Shown here: piece after piece, positions 51,299 through 63,140 of the stretch | How positions within the stretch are numbered: the stretch's first letter is position 1 | Layout of the letters: each line of letters begins with the position of its first letter | From: Podarcis muralis | Taxonomy: Eukaryota | DNA: 64,000 nt | Reading direction: 5' to 3' | Assembly (NCBI RefSeq): GCF_964188315.1 | Contig: NC_135659.1 | Location: forward strand, 38,130,001 to 38,194,000 | Position numbers and translations under genes: made by a program | Notes under the pieces: model-generated | What the model saw: only the letters and a program-made list of their open reading frames with translations | Told to the model about the DNA's origin: nothing | Databases searched by the model: none

Positions 51299-51796
51299 CA
51301 GTGGTGTAGGAAGGGCAGTGTGGTGGGTGCTGAGGGGGGTGACAAAATGGCAAAAAGATGTGTTTTTGAACAAATAACTCCTGCACCCACTGCACGCCCC
51401 TTCCTACGCTACTGCAGGAGGACTCTCCCCTCAAGTGATTTCCAGAAACCAGAAGCATTGCTGCCTCCAACTTTGCAGGCAGAGCACAGAGTTTATGGCT
51501 AGTAGCCCTTGACAGCCCTCTCTTTCATGAATAATCCAGTGGCATAGCTAGGTGAGGCGGGGGGCACTGGGCGTCACACCGCAGGGCCTGCAGCGTGCCT
51601 GAGCCACGCGTCTCTCCTGAGGGGGAGGAGGCAGGCGGACTGCCTGCAAGCTCCACACTGCTTTTTACAGCTGAGGGGGAGGTTGTGGAGAGGCTCCACT
51701 CAGTGCGCCCTGCCTTGGCTCACCCCGCCACCATGGACGGCTCGCTCTGCTCCCGGCTGCAGGGCTCACATGCCCGAGTTGCTAGCTTTACCACTG
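51299..51796. mobile_element. hAT-related element(s): two TIR-bounded units (51299-51414 and 51537-51796) inside one 8-bp direct repeat
   Basis: Unit 1 CAGTGGTGTAGGAAGGG...CCCTTCCTACGCTACTG; unit 2 CAGTGGCATAGCTAG...CTAGCTTTACCACTG; GAGGGAGG at 51291-98 and 51797-51804; both units share blocks with the 26230 element. Confidence 0.7.
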
Positions 51797-52538
51797 GAGG
51801 GAGGGAAGTATCCTCTCTTCCAGAAGTGGCTTACTAGGTGGAGCAGAGCCACAAGACTAGCTTCCCATGTGTATCACTGCTGCTTAGAGGAGGGAGAGGT
51901 GTGAGGTGGCGGGAAGGTCAGTGCAGCGCACATGCACTGCAGGAACCAATTCAGTGCTATTGTTAGTGCACCTGCACTAGGCCAAACTTCCTGCCACTTT
52001 GCTCCTTTCTCTCCCAGTAAGCAGTAGTGATTTTACCTTAAAATCCTGCACTTTCATGAACCTAGAATTCTTCATGGCAAAGCACTCACCTTCTCAGCAA
52101 GCTTCCTCACACAAACCTTGCTATCCAAATGTGAAATAATCTGCTGAAATACACATTTGTAAACTTCATGGTTACCCTAGCCTCCTTCCTGTCTGATTCA
52201 TCTGCTAAGAAGACGTTGTCCTTCTCTGAAATCTTACTGCTCCTTGCCGTGGTGGGTGATAAGATTTGCTGTCTCACTGAACAGTCTGATAAGGCTTAGG
52301 GAGGTGCAGACAAAATAGCTGGCGCATGGAGGCTGCTATATTTGCTTCAAGTTATTTTTCTCCATATGGCAAGCCAGTCATGTGCTGCAGCATCCCCACC
52401 CACAAGACAAATCAAGAGACTGGCCAAAATAAAAATAAAGAATGCATTGGCTTCTCCCAATAAACCATGGAGACAGTTAGGTTGCATTTAGAAAGCACTT
52501 TATTCCAAATGTTCCCTTACTTGATAATTGACATAATT

Positions 52539-53978
52539 GACCCAAATAATTATCGCCCAGTCAGTCTGACATCAATACCAGGGAAGATTCTGGAGCAGAT
52601 CATTAAGCAAACAGTCTGTGAGCACCTAGAAAGGAATGCTGTGATCACTGTGATCACCAATAGTCAGCATGGATTTCTGAAAAATAAGTCATGTCAGACT
52701 AACCTGATCTCGTTTTTTGACAGAATTACAAGCCTGGTAGATGAAGGGAATGCAGGGGATGTAGCCTACCTTGATTTCAGCAAGGCATTCGACAAGGTGC
52801 CCCATGATATTCTTGTAAAGAAGCTGGTTAAATGCGGTCTTGACTATGCTACCACTCATTGGATTTGTAACTGGCTGACTGACCGAACCCAAAGGGTGCT
52901 CATCAATGGTTCCTCTTCATCCTGGAGAAGAGTGACTAGTGGGGTGCCCGGTCTTATTCAACATCTTTATCAACGACTTGGATGATGGACTCAAGGGCAT
53001 CCTGATCAAATTTGCAGATGACACCAAACTGGGAGGGGTGGCTAACACCCCAGAGGACAGGATCACACTTCAAAATGTCCTTGACAGATTAGAGAACTGG
53101 GCCAAAACAAACAAGATGAACGTTAACAGGGAGAAATGTAAAGTATTGCACTTGGGCAAAAAAAAAAATAAAAAAAAATGAGAGGCACAAATACAAGATG
53201 GGTGACACCTGGCTTGAGAGCAGTACATGTGAAAAGGATCTAGGAGTCTTGGTTGCCCATAAACTTGACATGAGCCAACAGTGTGACGCGGCAGCTAAAA
53301 AAGCCAATGCAATTCTGGGCTACTTCAATAGGAGTATAGCATCTAGATCAAGGGAAGTAATAGTGCCACTGTATTCTGCTCTGGTCAGACCTCACCTGGA
53401 GTACTGTGTCCAGTTCTGGGCACCACAGTTCAAGAAGGACACTGACAAACTGGAACGTGTCCAGAGGAGGGCAACCAAAATGGTCAAAGGCCTGGAAACG
53501 ATGCCTTATGAGGAATGGTTAAGGGAGCTGGGCATGTTTAGCCTGGAGAAGAGGAGGTTAAGGGGTGATATGATAGCCATGTTCAAATATATAAAAGGAT
53601 GTCATATAGAGGAGGGAGAAAGGTTGTTTTCTGCTGCTCCAGAGAAGCGGACACGGAGCAATGGATCCAAACTACAAGAAAGAAGATTCCACCTAAACAT
53701 TAGGAAGAACTTCCTGACAGTAAGAGCTGTTCGACAGTAGAATTTGCTGCCAAGGATTGTGGTGGAGTCTCCTTCTTTGGAGGTCTTTAAGCAGAGGCTT
53801 GACAACCATATGTCAGGAATGCTCTGGTGGTGTTTCCTGCTTGGCAGGGGGTTGGACTCGATGGCCCTTGTGGTCTATTCCAGCTCTATGATTCTATGAT
53901 TCTATGATTCTATGATTCTATGATTCTATGATTCTATGATTCTATGATTCTATGATTCTATGATTCTATGATTCTATG
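52539..53978 (+). mobile_element. Young CR1 LINE, 5'-truncated, with disrupted RT domain and (ATTCTATG)n tail
   Basis: NYRPVSLTSIPGKILEQ, QHGFLKNKSCQTNLISF, YLDFSKAFDKVPH, FADDTKLGG and RPHLEYCVQFWAP; frameshifts near 52950 and at an A-run near 53160; about 12 tail units at 53885-53978. Confidence 0.97.
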
Positions 53979-54384
53979 AATGGTGGGGAAACCATTTCTG
54001 GCAAACGAGTAGAAGTTTAGTGCTCATTTCCAAGGTACTTGCTTCCAGGAATCAAATCCATTTGCAACCCTGTTAACCTGGAAAATCACGACAGAAGCAT
54101 GCTTGCACATAAAGAGTTGCAACACATCTGACGACATCCACTGCAGTGTCACACCACAGCCACTGGTGTGAATGAAATCTGGCATGCCATGACAGTATAT
54201 TGATCAAGAAGCCACAGTTCCATAATGCACTGGAAAAAGAATGTTAGAAACCAGAACAAAGGTGCTAGGGAAGTGAACACAATAACTCTCATGTCTGAGT
54301 GGACACAGGAGCAGAGGAAGAGGCTTTTATATTAAGTCAGACCATTGCTGACAATGGCTAGCAGTGATTCTCCATTATCTGAGG

Positions 54385-54465
54385 CAGGAGATGCCAGGAA
54401 CTGAACCTGGGACCTTTTGTATGCAAAGCCTATGTTCTACCACTGAGCTAATGCCCTTCCCCAGT
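54385..54465 (-). mobile_element. tRNA-derived SINE head (Squam2-like)
   Basis: Reverse strand: TAGCTCAGTGGTAGAACATAGGCTTTGCATACAAAAGGTCCCAGGTTCAGTTCCTGGC; too diverged for a real tRNA. Confidence 0.7.
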
Positions 54466-55538
54466 TGAAAGCAGCCTTCATTTGGCAACAGTGTTGTGTA
54501 CATCAGTTCTAAATCTTGGACCTATTCTAACAAGAAATTAACTACTGTTGCTTATGTACGCCACATTGTTCCTGTAACAAGCTGGAGCAGGAAGGATAGT
54601 AAATTGCTTGTTTTGAGCTGTAAACTAGAAATTGACCATTGTGTTTGAAATTTTGTTTCTGCGTCGGCTGAGTACAATGATTTGTGCTAATTGAAACGAT
54701 GCCTGGAAATTAGCTTCTGTTCCACCCAGAAAACTAAATTTAGGACCTTATCTCTTGTCAGATTCAAAAGTGGGTGAAAATATATGCTTGTGTGGTTATT
54801 TCAATGCACCAAGAAAGGTCTGCAAACTTGGGCTTGTGGAGGCAAGGACACTGGTGCTGAGAGTTTACTGCTCTCTGGAGAGAAGGACAAGAAAATCAAT
54901 AAGATGGATTTAACCTGTTTTTTAGCCTTGGCTTACTAATTCCTTTGGACGAATTCCAGGGTAGTATTCAATGCTGGTCCTACTCAGAGTAGACACATTG
55001 GAATTAATGGGCATGACTTAGAATAATAGAATCACAGAATTGTAGAGTTGGAAGGGACCCAAAGGGCCATTTATATAGGTTCATCATTCCAAGAGATGAA
55101 CTGTGAATAGGACTTATTTGAACCCCCAGTATCATGTTTTGCTTTGTGGGATGTTCTCAGTTGTTGTGGCTTCCCTAAATGAATCAGGGTTTTGGTTCTT
55201 AGCCGTGGAGGCTGACCCTTAGGACAAATGGGGCACTGCAACACCACCCTCTGCCTGCCCTCAGGCAGACCCCACCTGCTTCCCTGTTTATGACCAGGTT
55301 CTACCTGTCATTGGCTCTGGCTCCAACTACTGTTGGTTTTCCTGCCTTCCACCTTATGAGTCCCAATGGCCACCAGTTATCACTGTCATGTCTTTGAGAC
55401 AGAGACCAAGTAAGAGCTGTGGCAATATGTTGGACATTGTGTGCCGTTAAGAGTGAATACAATCTTTTCCAGAAGCAGCAAGGCAGGAAGTGTGACTCCC
55501 ATGTTCCTAGATCATCGACAGTGCTTAGCTTTCTCTGA

Positions 55539-55543
<5 letters not shown>

Positions 55544-55588
<45 letters not shown>
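55544..55588. repeat. (GA)n microsatellite
   Basis: Directly visible. Confidence 0.98.
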
Positions 55589-55591
<3 letters not shown>

Positions 55592-56120
55592 AAGATTTAT
55601 AGTGCCAGTTTGAGACGCTGTCCCCTGCAGATCCCTACCACCCCTACAATCTTAGAATACAGAAATTTTGCTACAAACCCTGCTCAAAACTATCTCTAGA
55701 TAAGAAAAAAATGACCACAATTTTCTGAGAAACTGACACGATTATCCTCTTCAATTTAAAGTAATTCTAGCAGTTTTTCACTTAATTTAATCCCTTTGCT
55801 TAGAGTTCTCTTGATGATACTAGAACTTCTACCTGACTGCATTATGCAATATGATATGAGCCACAGAATTGCCTTATGTAAGAGCCCAGTTGCTATAGGG
55901 AGCATATGTTATATCTGTGCATGAACTAAGCACAATATTGCTTTTTGGTGCAGAATTGTTCTTTCTATCTGCTGTAAGTAAAATGATGTGATGAGCAAGT
56001 TTTCCCCAAATCTTGCCATGGGCAAAGTAGCATTTCACGCATCTAGCTTTTTTTCTTACCCCTGTACCTATAGTAGGCATATCCTATATACTATGAATGA
56101 GAGCCATAGAGTTGTTAGAG

Positions 56121-56520
56121 AGTCATGCAGTGGTTAGTAGGACTTGGGAGATCAGGGTTCAAATCCTCACTCAGCCATGAAGTTCACTGGGTGTCCTTGG
56201 GTCAGTCACTGCGTTTCAGCCTAACCTACCTTAGGTGCAGATAGGTAGCCGTGTTGGTCTGCCATAGTCAAAACAAAAAAAATTCCTTCCAGTAGCACCT
56301 TAAAGACCAACTAAGTTAGTTCTTGGTATGAGCTTTCGTGTGCATGCACACGAAAGCTCATACCAAGAACTAACTTAGTTGGTCTTTAAGGTGCTACTGG
56401 AAGGAATTTTTTTTTTTTGTTCTACCTTAGGTGGTGATGGTGGTGATTATTTATATACCACCCTTCAACTGAAGATCACAGGGTGGTTTACAAATATAAG
56501 AGTTGCTGTAGGGATTAAAC
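56121..56520 (+). mobile_element. Old Squam1-like SINE (host of the Penelope-like insert)
   Basis: GTGGTTAG...GGGTTCAAATCCTCACTCAGCCATGAAGTTCACTGGGTG..CTTGGG head and core; continues after the insert. Confidence 0.7.
56238..56421. mobile_element. Penelope-like element terminal fragment forming a perfect inverted repeat
   Basis: GGTAGCCGTGTTGGTCTG...CCAGTAGCACCTTAAAGACCAAC...TGAGCTTTCGTGTGCATGCACAC recognised as a squamate Penelope-like terminal repeat; 12-bp flanking direct repeat CTACCTTAGGTG (56226-37 and 56422-33). Confidence 0.8.
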
Positions 56521-57479
56521 AAGGAGATGCAGAATCATGAATACCACCCTAAGCTCCTCAGAGAAAAAGGTGGGATATATAGTCATTAAAAATAAATACA
56601 TACAGGCATCAACATTCACCTTGAGCATTTTTAAAAATTCTATTCTGCTTCTGTGCTCAGTTCACTTTGATCTGTGTTTTGGGTTCCAAGCTGCTCTGTA
56701 TAAAACAAAGCTCTGGGTATAAAACAAAGCTCCATTCACAATAACAATAAATCTAAAAATTGGTATAACTCCTTCCCTTTGGGCCAAAATGGATAGAATT
56801 TGCAGGCACAAGATTCGCTCTGCAGTTTCTTAGGCATGAAAAACCACAGACAAATAGACCTGGGGGTTTCATGAGAGAAGTGAAAAACATTCGCTTTCCT
56901 TAATAATCCATTTTAATTTCATATTTTTGATGCAGTCAACCACCAATTAATGGGGAGTTACCGTAAGTGGTGTTCAGTTTTGCTTGGACATTTAAAAAAA
57001 AAACTTTGCAGCTTCACACTGACCACTCCTGAGCCAGGCTTTACAGGATTCTGGTAAGCCTTAAAATGTGAGACATTGCCTGAAGAGTTCTGAAGAGCTG
57101 TGGAAGTTTTTGCTTGTTTGAAAAACTTAAATGAAGCTTTTAACTTTTTATCTTAACTTTTTTTTAAAATGGTTTGATGCTGTGCTTTAATAACAAGAAC
57201 TAAAAATCCAAAGCTCTTCACTATTCTACAGGTAACATTTTTGACTGCTTCACTTTTGCCAAGCCCATGGACCTAGAGAAACATGGAGATATATACTGGA
57301 AAACATAGAGCTATGAGGCACAGAAAAAATAGAGTTGCATGTAGTTTTGTAAGTGCTTTGATCCAATTTGGGGGGTATTGCCATTGAACTTTGACCTAGG
57401 AGGGAGTCAAAGATCCCCAAATCACCCCAATTTGCCTTGTTATTTCGTCCCTTCCATAGAGTCAATACACACCCACAAT

Positions 57480-57664
57480 CAGGAGTGCCAACTTGAATAA
57501 AATATTGGGAGCCCAGGTAAGCCCTGCCCCAGATAATTAATCGTATGACACAGTGCATGCACATCATTTGAATGGCAATCCCCATCACCTTTTGGGGGCA
57601 GCCCTCTCAAATATTTTATTGGAGTGGGGCGAAGGGACCTCTGCCCCAGGAGTTGGCTCCTATG
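57480..57664. mobile_element. hAT MITE
   Basis: Termini CAGGAGTGCCAACT / AGTTGGCTCCTATG; subterminal AATAAAATATT / AATATTTTATT inversion; TSD CCCACAAT / CCCCCAAT (7 of 8). Confidence 0.8.
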
Positions 57665-60477
57665 CCCCCAATATGTGTTGCACTTTAGAGTATAACAATA
57701 GTTTCCTTTTTGCATCATCATTTTTCCATATTCTATTTAATTCCCTTATTTCTGGAATTAAGGTAACATTATTTGGTTTGCCTCAAATCCTTATGTGTTA
57801 TTACTATGAAAAAGTGGAATAAGTTTGTAGCTTCTAAGGCAGTTGCTTCACATTATTTTGAAGACAAGATTTTTGACAGTTCCAGTGTTGTCTTTTCTAG
57901 ATTTTGGCAACATTAAAAATGGGTTTAAACCAGAAACAAAACGTTATCTTCTTTGCAAGACTCTGATGGAATGGCAGCTGCTAGGTGACAACTGAGGGAG
58001 TGTCAAAAGCAGCTGGTCTCTCAGCAGAGTCAATGGAATAGCCCTGCTTCTCTTCACTGCTTCTGCTCTGCAACCTGCATAGGAATACAAAATTGGACTT
58101 ATGGTATGCATAAGAACCTTTCCAGATCCTGACTTTGCTTTAGTGCCAAACCAAACACTGCCCAGGCCACAAGCTAAGATGTGGCCCAAGAGAACTCTAG
58201 CCCAGCACTAGTTACCCTGAACCACTCACTCTGACAATCGTTGTCATCCCACCAGCAATCCCTGGGCTCCAAGCCTTCTTCCCTTGGGGTTCCTCAGCTG
58301 GTGCCTCCCACAAACCGATCCAAATAGGCTCCGCTTGTGAACCAGACTTTAATGAACTCCCAATCCTCTTTGGGAGAACAATACATGTTCAATGTTTCTG
58401 TGGTGCTAGGCAATTGGTGAGACAATCAATGTATCTGAACCAGGCACAGGTGGCTGGGTGGTGGAGTTCCATATGTAGACGTGCCATAACCCACAGAATT
58501 AACTGGCAACACTTTTATTATTTTAATAGTTTATGTTTGATTGCATTTTGCCTTGGAATCCTGTCCTCCACCCCACAACCCATCATCCATTATATATGAA
58601 GCTAACAAATGTTGTGTTTGCTAGAAACCTCTATTGAAAGATAATCACTGGCTTTCCTGATGGTGATCTGAATAGTTCTGCTTCTGTTGTTTATCCTTCC
58701 TTGAATATGGTTGCGTTTTCCCTCTGCCAACAGTTGACAAACATTATTGGAGTTCTGCTCCATTGCAAACAATGGAGGTTGTCTTTCCCTTGTATTCAAA
58801 CAGAATTGCTTTCACTGGGTACATTTTTGAACCTGTTACTAATTTAGATATTAAATTCATCTAATGAAAATCAGAGGTGAATGACTTGCCAATAAATAAT
58901 TTATTTGACTAATTTAGCTTGACTAATAAACAGAAGCAGATTGCATTTTTCTCCAGTGTATTAGTTATTCAAATATATTTGACAAATTTAGCATCTTGTA
59001 TGAAAAATTAAACTGCATGCAGTTTATGAATATTTAAAATATGAGCTGTTTTGGTTATAATTGGGTCAGTTCCAAAGAACATGTGACAATTGGGTCGTAG
59101 ATACTCTTGACTAACGGTGACTTTGCGAGGTTATTTGATGCAGAATGAAGAGCAGGCAGATCACATGTTTTGAGAGATTTACTAGATATCATTTCTTCTA
59201 CTGAGTTAGGTTTTGAAAGGAACACATAAAACAGATGTAGCCCACTTCATTTTCAGGTCTGGCACAAATAGTTTACTATGTTAACACATGAGAAAACAGG
59301 GTATAAAACTGTTTACATATTAGGTGGCCATTTCCCCATGAATCACAGAGAGGTTCCAGGGAGAGTGAGTTCTGAACTGAATTGTACATTCCCAGCACAC
59401 GCTTTTCAGATTGCTGCTCAATATATCTGGTGTAGAATTTTTTTAATGATTTGCTTGTGCAGTTTTCTGGTTTTGTGCAAATCTGAGGGATGGGCGGGCA
59501 TTCTTCTGTTCAGAAGCTCACCAAAAAATAGTTATGAGCACAGCTGGAAAAGGAATGAAAGCATTGAGGAAGTAATGGGCATGGTAAAGAGAGTAACAGA
59601 AAGTGACAATTGACCCAGAAACAACCAAAAACACCAAAAGTGGTTATATATGACTGCAAGGGAAGTAGTTTGGAGCCTGATTCTCCCCAACTTATCAAAC
59701 TATTCCCATATTGAGGGTAATGTCATGTCAACTACGTACATTAAATGGGAATGCAAGAAGCTGCAAACACACAGTAAACTGCTGTTGAAAAACCCTTAGT
59801 GCTTTAATTGTTAGTGATCTCTATGTCTATCTCTCCTATATAAATAAAAGTGTAAGGCTGTTGTCACTCTGTGGTTGGCAGTCATGCGAACTCCTGTGTG
59901 ATAAAGGGCAGGCAGCCAAGCAAGCAGCCTTGGTGAGAGGTGGCCCAGGTTTGTCAAGCCACTCCGTGAAGTGCTCTGGTGACATTTAACGAAGGGGGGG
60001 CACTTCATAGATAGGTTTAGCAAGCTGCAGCAAAGTTTAATGGATGGGAAAGATGCTTCACACAGTGGTTTAGCAAGCTGTACTGTGAAGCTCCTCCCTC
60101 TCCTTTAAAACTGTGAGAGGAGGAGGAGAAGCTAGGGCCAAGCTGTGCAGGAAGGGGTGGGGCAAGCTGTGAAAGGTATGGTAGGTGAGAGAGTGGGTGG
60201 GGGTAGAGGAAGGGGAATGATCAGGCAGGGGGAAGGCAAAGGGACTGTCAGGTAGGCAGGGTTTGTGGGCAGAGCGAGAAGGGTTAGCAGGCACACACAC
60301 ACATATATAATAATGTACAAATATCTTTAATAATTCAACAAAGTAAGTGAGCATTGTCCCAGTTTCCTGTCTATCAGTTCTTTGAATCACAGCTTATGCT
60401 GAAAATACTAGAGGGTACCAGGAAATTCTAAGGCCAGTAAGAATTCTGACCAATGGTCACAGCTACCAAAACAAAGG

Positions 60478-60640
60478 ACTCCCTTGGGAGGTTGTGGACT
60501 CTCCTTCCTTGGAGGTTTTTAAGCAGAGGTTGAATGGCCATCTGTCGTGGGTGCTTTAGCCGAGATTCCTGTATTGCAGGAGATTGGACTAGATGATCCT
60601 CGGGTCTCCTTACAACTCTACAATTCTATGGTTCTATGAT
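60478..60640 (+). mobile_element. CR1 3' end
   Basis: GTTGTGGACTCTCCTTCCTTGGAGGTTTTTAAGCAGAGGTTG...GGACTAGATGA...AACTCTACAATTCTATGGTTCTATGA. Confidence 0.88.
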
Positions 60641-62038
60641 ATCTGCCCATCCCTTGTTCTTTCCCAGGCAGCTATTTGGCAGCACAGATTTAGGAAGCAT
60701 GAGATTTAGTAGACTCAGTTCTCCGAGCCGAATCTTCTGTTCCTGACATATTTATGTTTCCAGTTCTCTTTTTCGGTATATATGCAGGCACTTTTTCATG
60801 GAAATTCTGAATGCCTTTACTAAAAGGTACACTTTTGAACCATAAAATGTGACAGTGGAATTGTTTTCTATTTGCAGATACAAAATAATGGGCATTCCAT
60901 GGTGTCTTATTTCTGTAGGTCCCTGACAGTTCATAATACATGCATTTATACTGAGCCCAAGCAAAATCTCATTTCCATAAAAACATGTTTTCCAGATCTT
61001 TTGTTTACATGCCCAGCAACTGAATTTTCTGTAACACTTTTGTTCAGTTTAACAATCAGCTTTGACCATGCTTCCCCTGTACAATACGCTTATAGCACTT
61101 CTTATAGAAAATGTAATTGACAGTCTTTTCCTATGATGATAATGATTAAGAAATCAGGATATTGTCAAATATTGTAATCAGTGAATTCCCTTAAAATTCA
61201 TTAAAAATCCTGTTTCTTCACCTAACTTTTTGAGTTTTTATGGCTTGGGTTTCCAATCAAAAAGTTGATTGATTTTTGCCATCATTTATGTAAAGGGTTT
61301 CCATCAATGTCAATAGCAAATGCATGGTCAGACATCATGGATTAAGTCTGACCTTTCATAAATTCTACTTCCTCCATGTTCAAAAGGGATATTCTTTTCA
61401 GGAACATGAGAAAATGTTTAAATGCTTTCATCCATCAAAAATATTTTGTTACCGTATGGTTTGTTTGAATCCATATAGACCTGTATTCAGTCATTTCCCC
61501 CCCTAGATTTTTGTTCTTTCAGAATATAGTAATCTGACAGCAACTTAATCTAGGTTGCAACCTAATCTTACTCCACCCACAAATGCTTTTACTACATATA
61601 TCTCAGTTTTTCATCCAGCAACTCAGTTTTCTGCATTTCCAGTATATTTAGCTGCAAAGAGAGGGTTTAACAGCATCAGGGGTTTTTAATGTATTTCTGT
61701 GGGATATATATCTATAAATATATAGAGAGAGATATATAGAGAGAGATGTGCAACTAGAAAGGAGAAAGAGACATAAAAGTTTTCAATTTACATGAAAATG
61801 TTGTCCATATATGCATGAATCTTTTTGCTAAAATGGCTTTGTTTTTTTGTGAAGTTCTGACACTTCTTTGGAAATATATTTTGTGGTGTCACAATGATTA
61901 CTCCAACTTGAAAACGTCCCATAGACTCCATTAGTTTCATTTCCAGTCCTGAACTGGCAGGCCCTTTTAAAAAAGAATATGTAGACATGAGAAATCTTTT
62001 ACATTGGCTTTAGCTATCATTTTACTTGCCCTTCATAA

Positions 62039-62397
62039 GTAAAGGTAAAGGTACCCCTGCCTGTACGGGCCAGTCTTGACAGACTCTAGGGTTGTGCGCT
62101 CATCTCACTCTAGAGGCCGGGAGCCAGCGCTGTTCGCAGACATTTCCGGGTCACGTGGCCAGCGTGACAAGCTGCATCTGGCGAGCCAGCGCAGCACACG
62201 GAACGCCGTTTACCTTCCCGCTGGTAAGCGGTCCCTATTTATCTACTTGCACCTGGGGGTGCTTTCAAACTGCTAGGTTGGCAGGCGCTGGGACCAAACG
62301 ATGGGAGCGCACCCCGCCGCGGGGATTCGAACTGCTGACCTTTCGATCGGCAAGTCCTAGGCGCTGAGGCTTTTACCCACAGCGCCACCCGCGTCCC
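62039..62397 (+). mobile_element. Young full-length Sauria SINE
   Basis: Closely similar to 28477-28830; TSD TACTTGCCCTTCATAA (62023-38) / TATTTGCCCTTCATAA (62399-62414). Confidence 0.95.
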
Positions 62398-62670
62398 ATA
62401 TTTGCCCTTCATAAATATATGTAATTTACAAAATGGTTAAAATCCCTGCTGCTAATCTATGGCTGGTCTGACCATCTGTATCAACTCCTAAAAAGGTGGT
62501 ACCAAAAGAAAATGCCAGGTTGATCCACCACCCGCGTCCCATACTTGCCCTTCATAAATATATGTAATATACAAAATGGTTAAAATCCCTGCTGCTAATC
62601 TATGGCTGGTCTGATCATCTGTATCAACTCCTAAAAAGGTGGTACCAAAAGAAAATGCCAGGTTGATCCA
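62385..62670 (+). repeat. Direct tandem duplication, 2 x 143 bp
   Basis: 62385-62527 and 62528-62670 differ at 3 positions by my count. Confidence 0.95.
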
Positions 62671-62811
62671 GTCTCCTGTTTCTAACCTGGTCAACCAGAG
62701 ATCTCTGGTGTCTCTAGGTAGGACTGGAAACATCTCCTATCTAAAACCCTGGGGAGCCACTGCCAATCAAAGCAGACAGTATTGAACTAGATGGACCAAT
62801 AATTTGACTTG

Positions 62812-63140
62812 GCTTCCTGGTTTGCACATAACACTAAACCATGGTTTATTAAACTGTGGTTTATTATACCATGCCTTTGTGCTATTTGTGAAGCCAGTCT
62901 TACTTTGGTTATTAACTATGGTTCAGCCCTAGTTAACATTAACAAATGTTTAGTGAAATGTGTGACCCTGAACCCACACCTTCTCCTTAAAAGGAGCCGT
63001 TACCAGCAGCTACATAGCTCCAATTTAAGAACAGCAAAATGCTCAAATGGCTTTCAAGACTCTGGGATGTAGAAAGCCAAGGTTTAACTATGATTTATTA
63101 ACCATAGTTAATGTTAACTGTTATTTAGGTATGGCTGAAC
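62812..63140. mobile_element. Old palindromic MITE-like remnants (possibly Harbinger-type)
   Basis: GGTTTGCACATAACACTAAACCATGGTTTATT...TTGTGAAGCC arms and repeated TAACTATGG/CCATAGTTA inversions. Confidence 0.4.

Noticed and set aside
53885-53978. Regular 8-bp tandem array
   Set aside because: It is the standard (ATTCTATG)n CR1 tail with no spacers; not CRISPR-like or novel.
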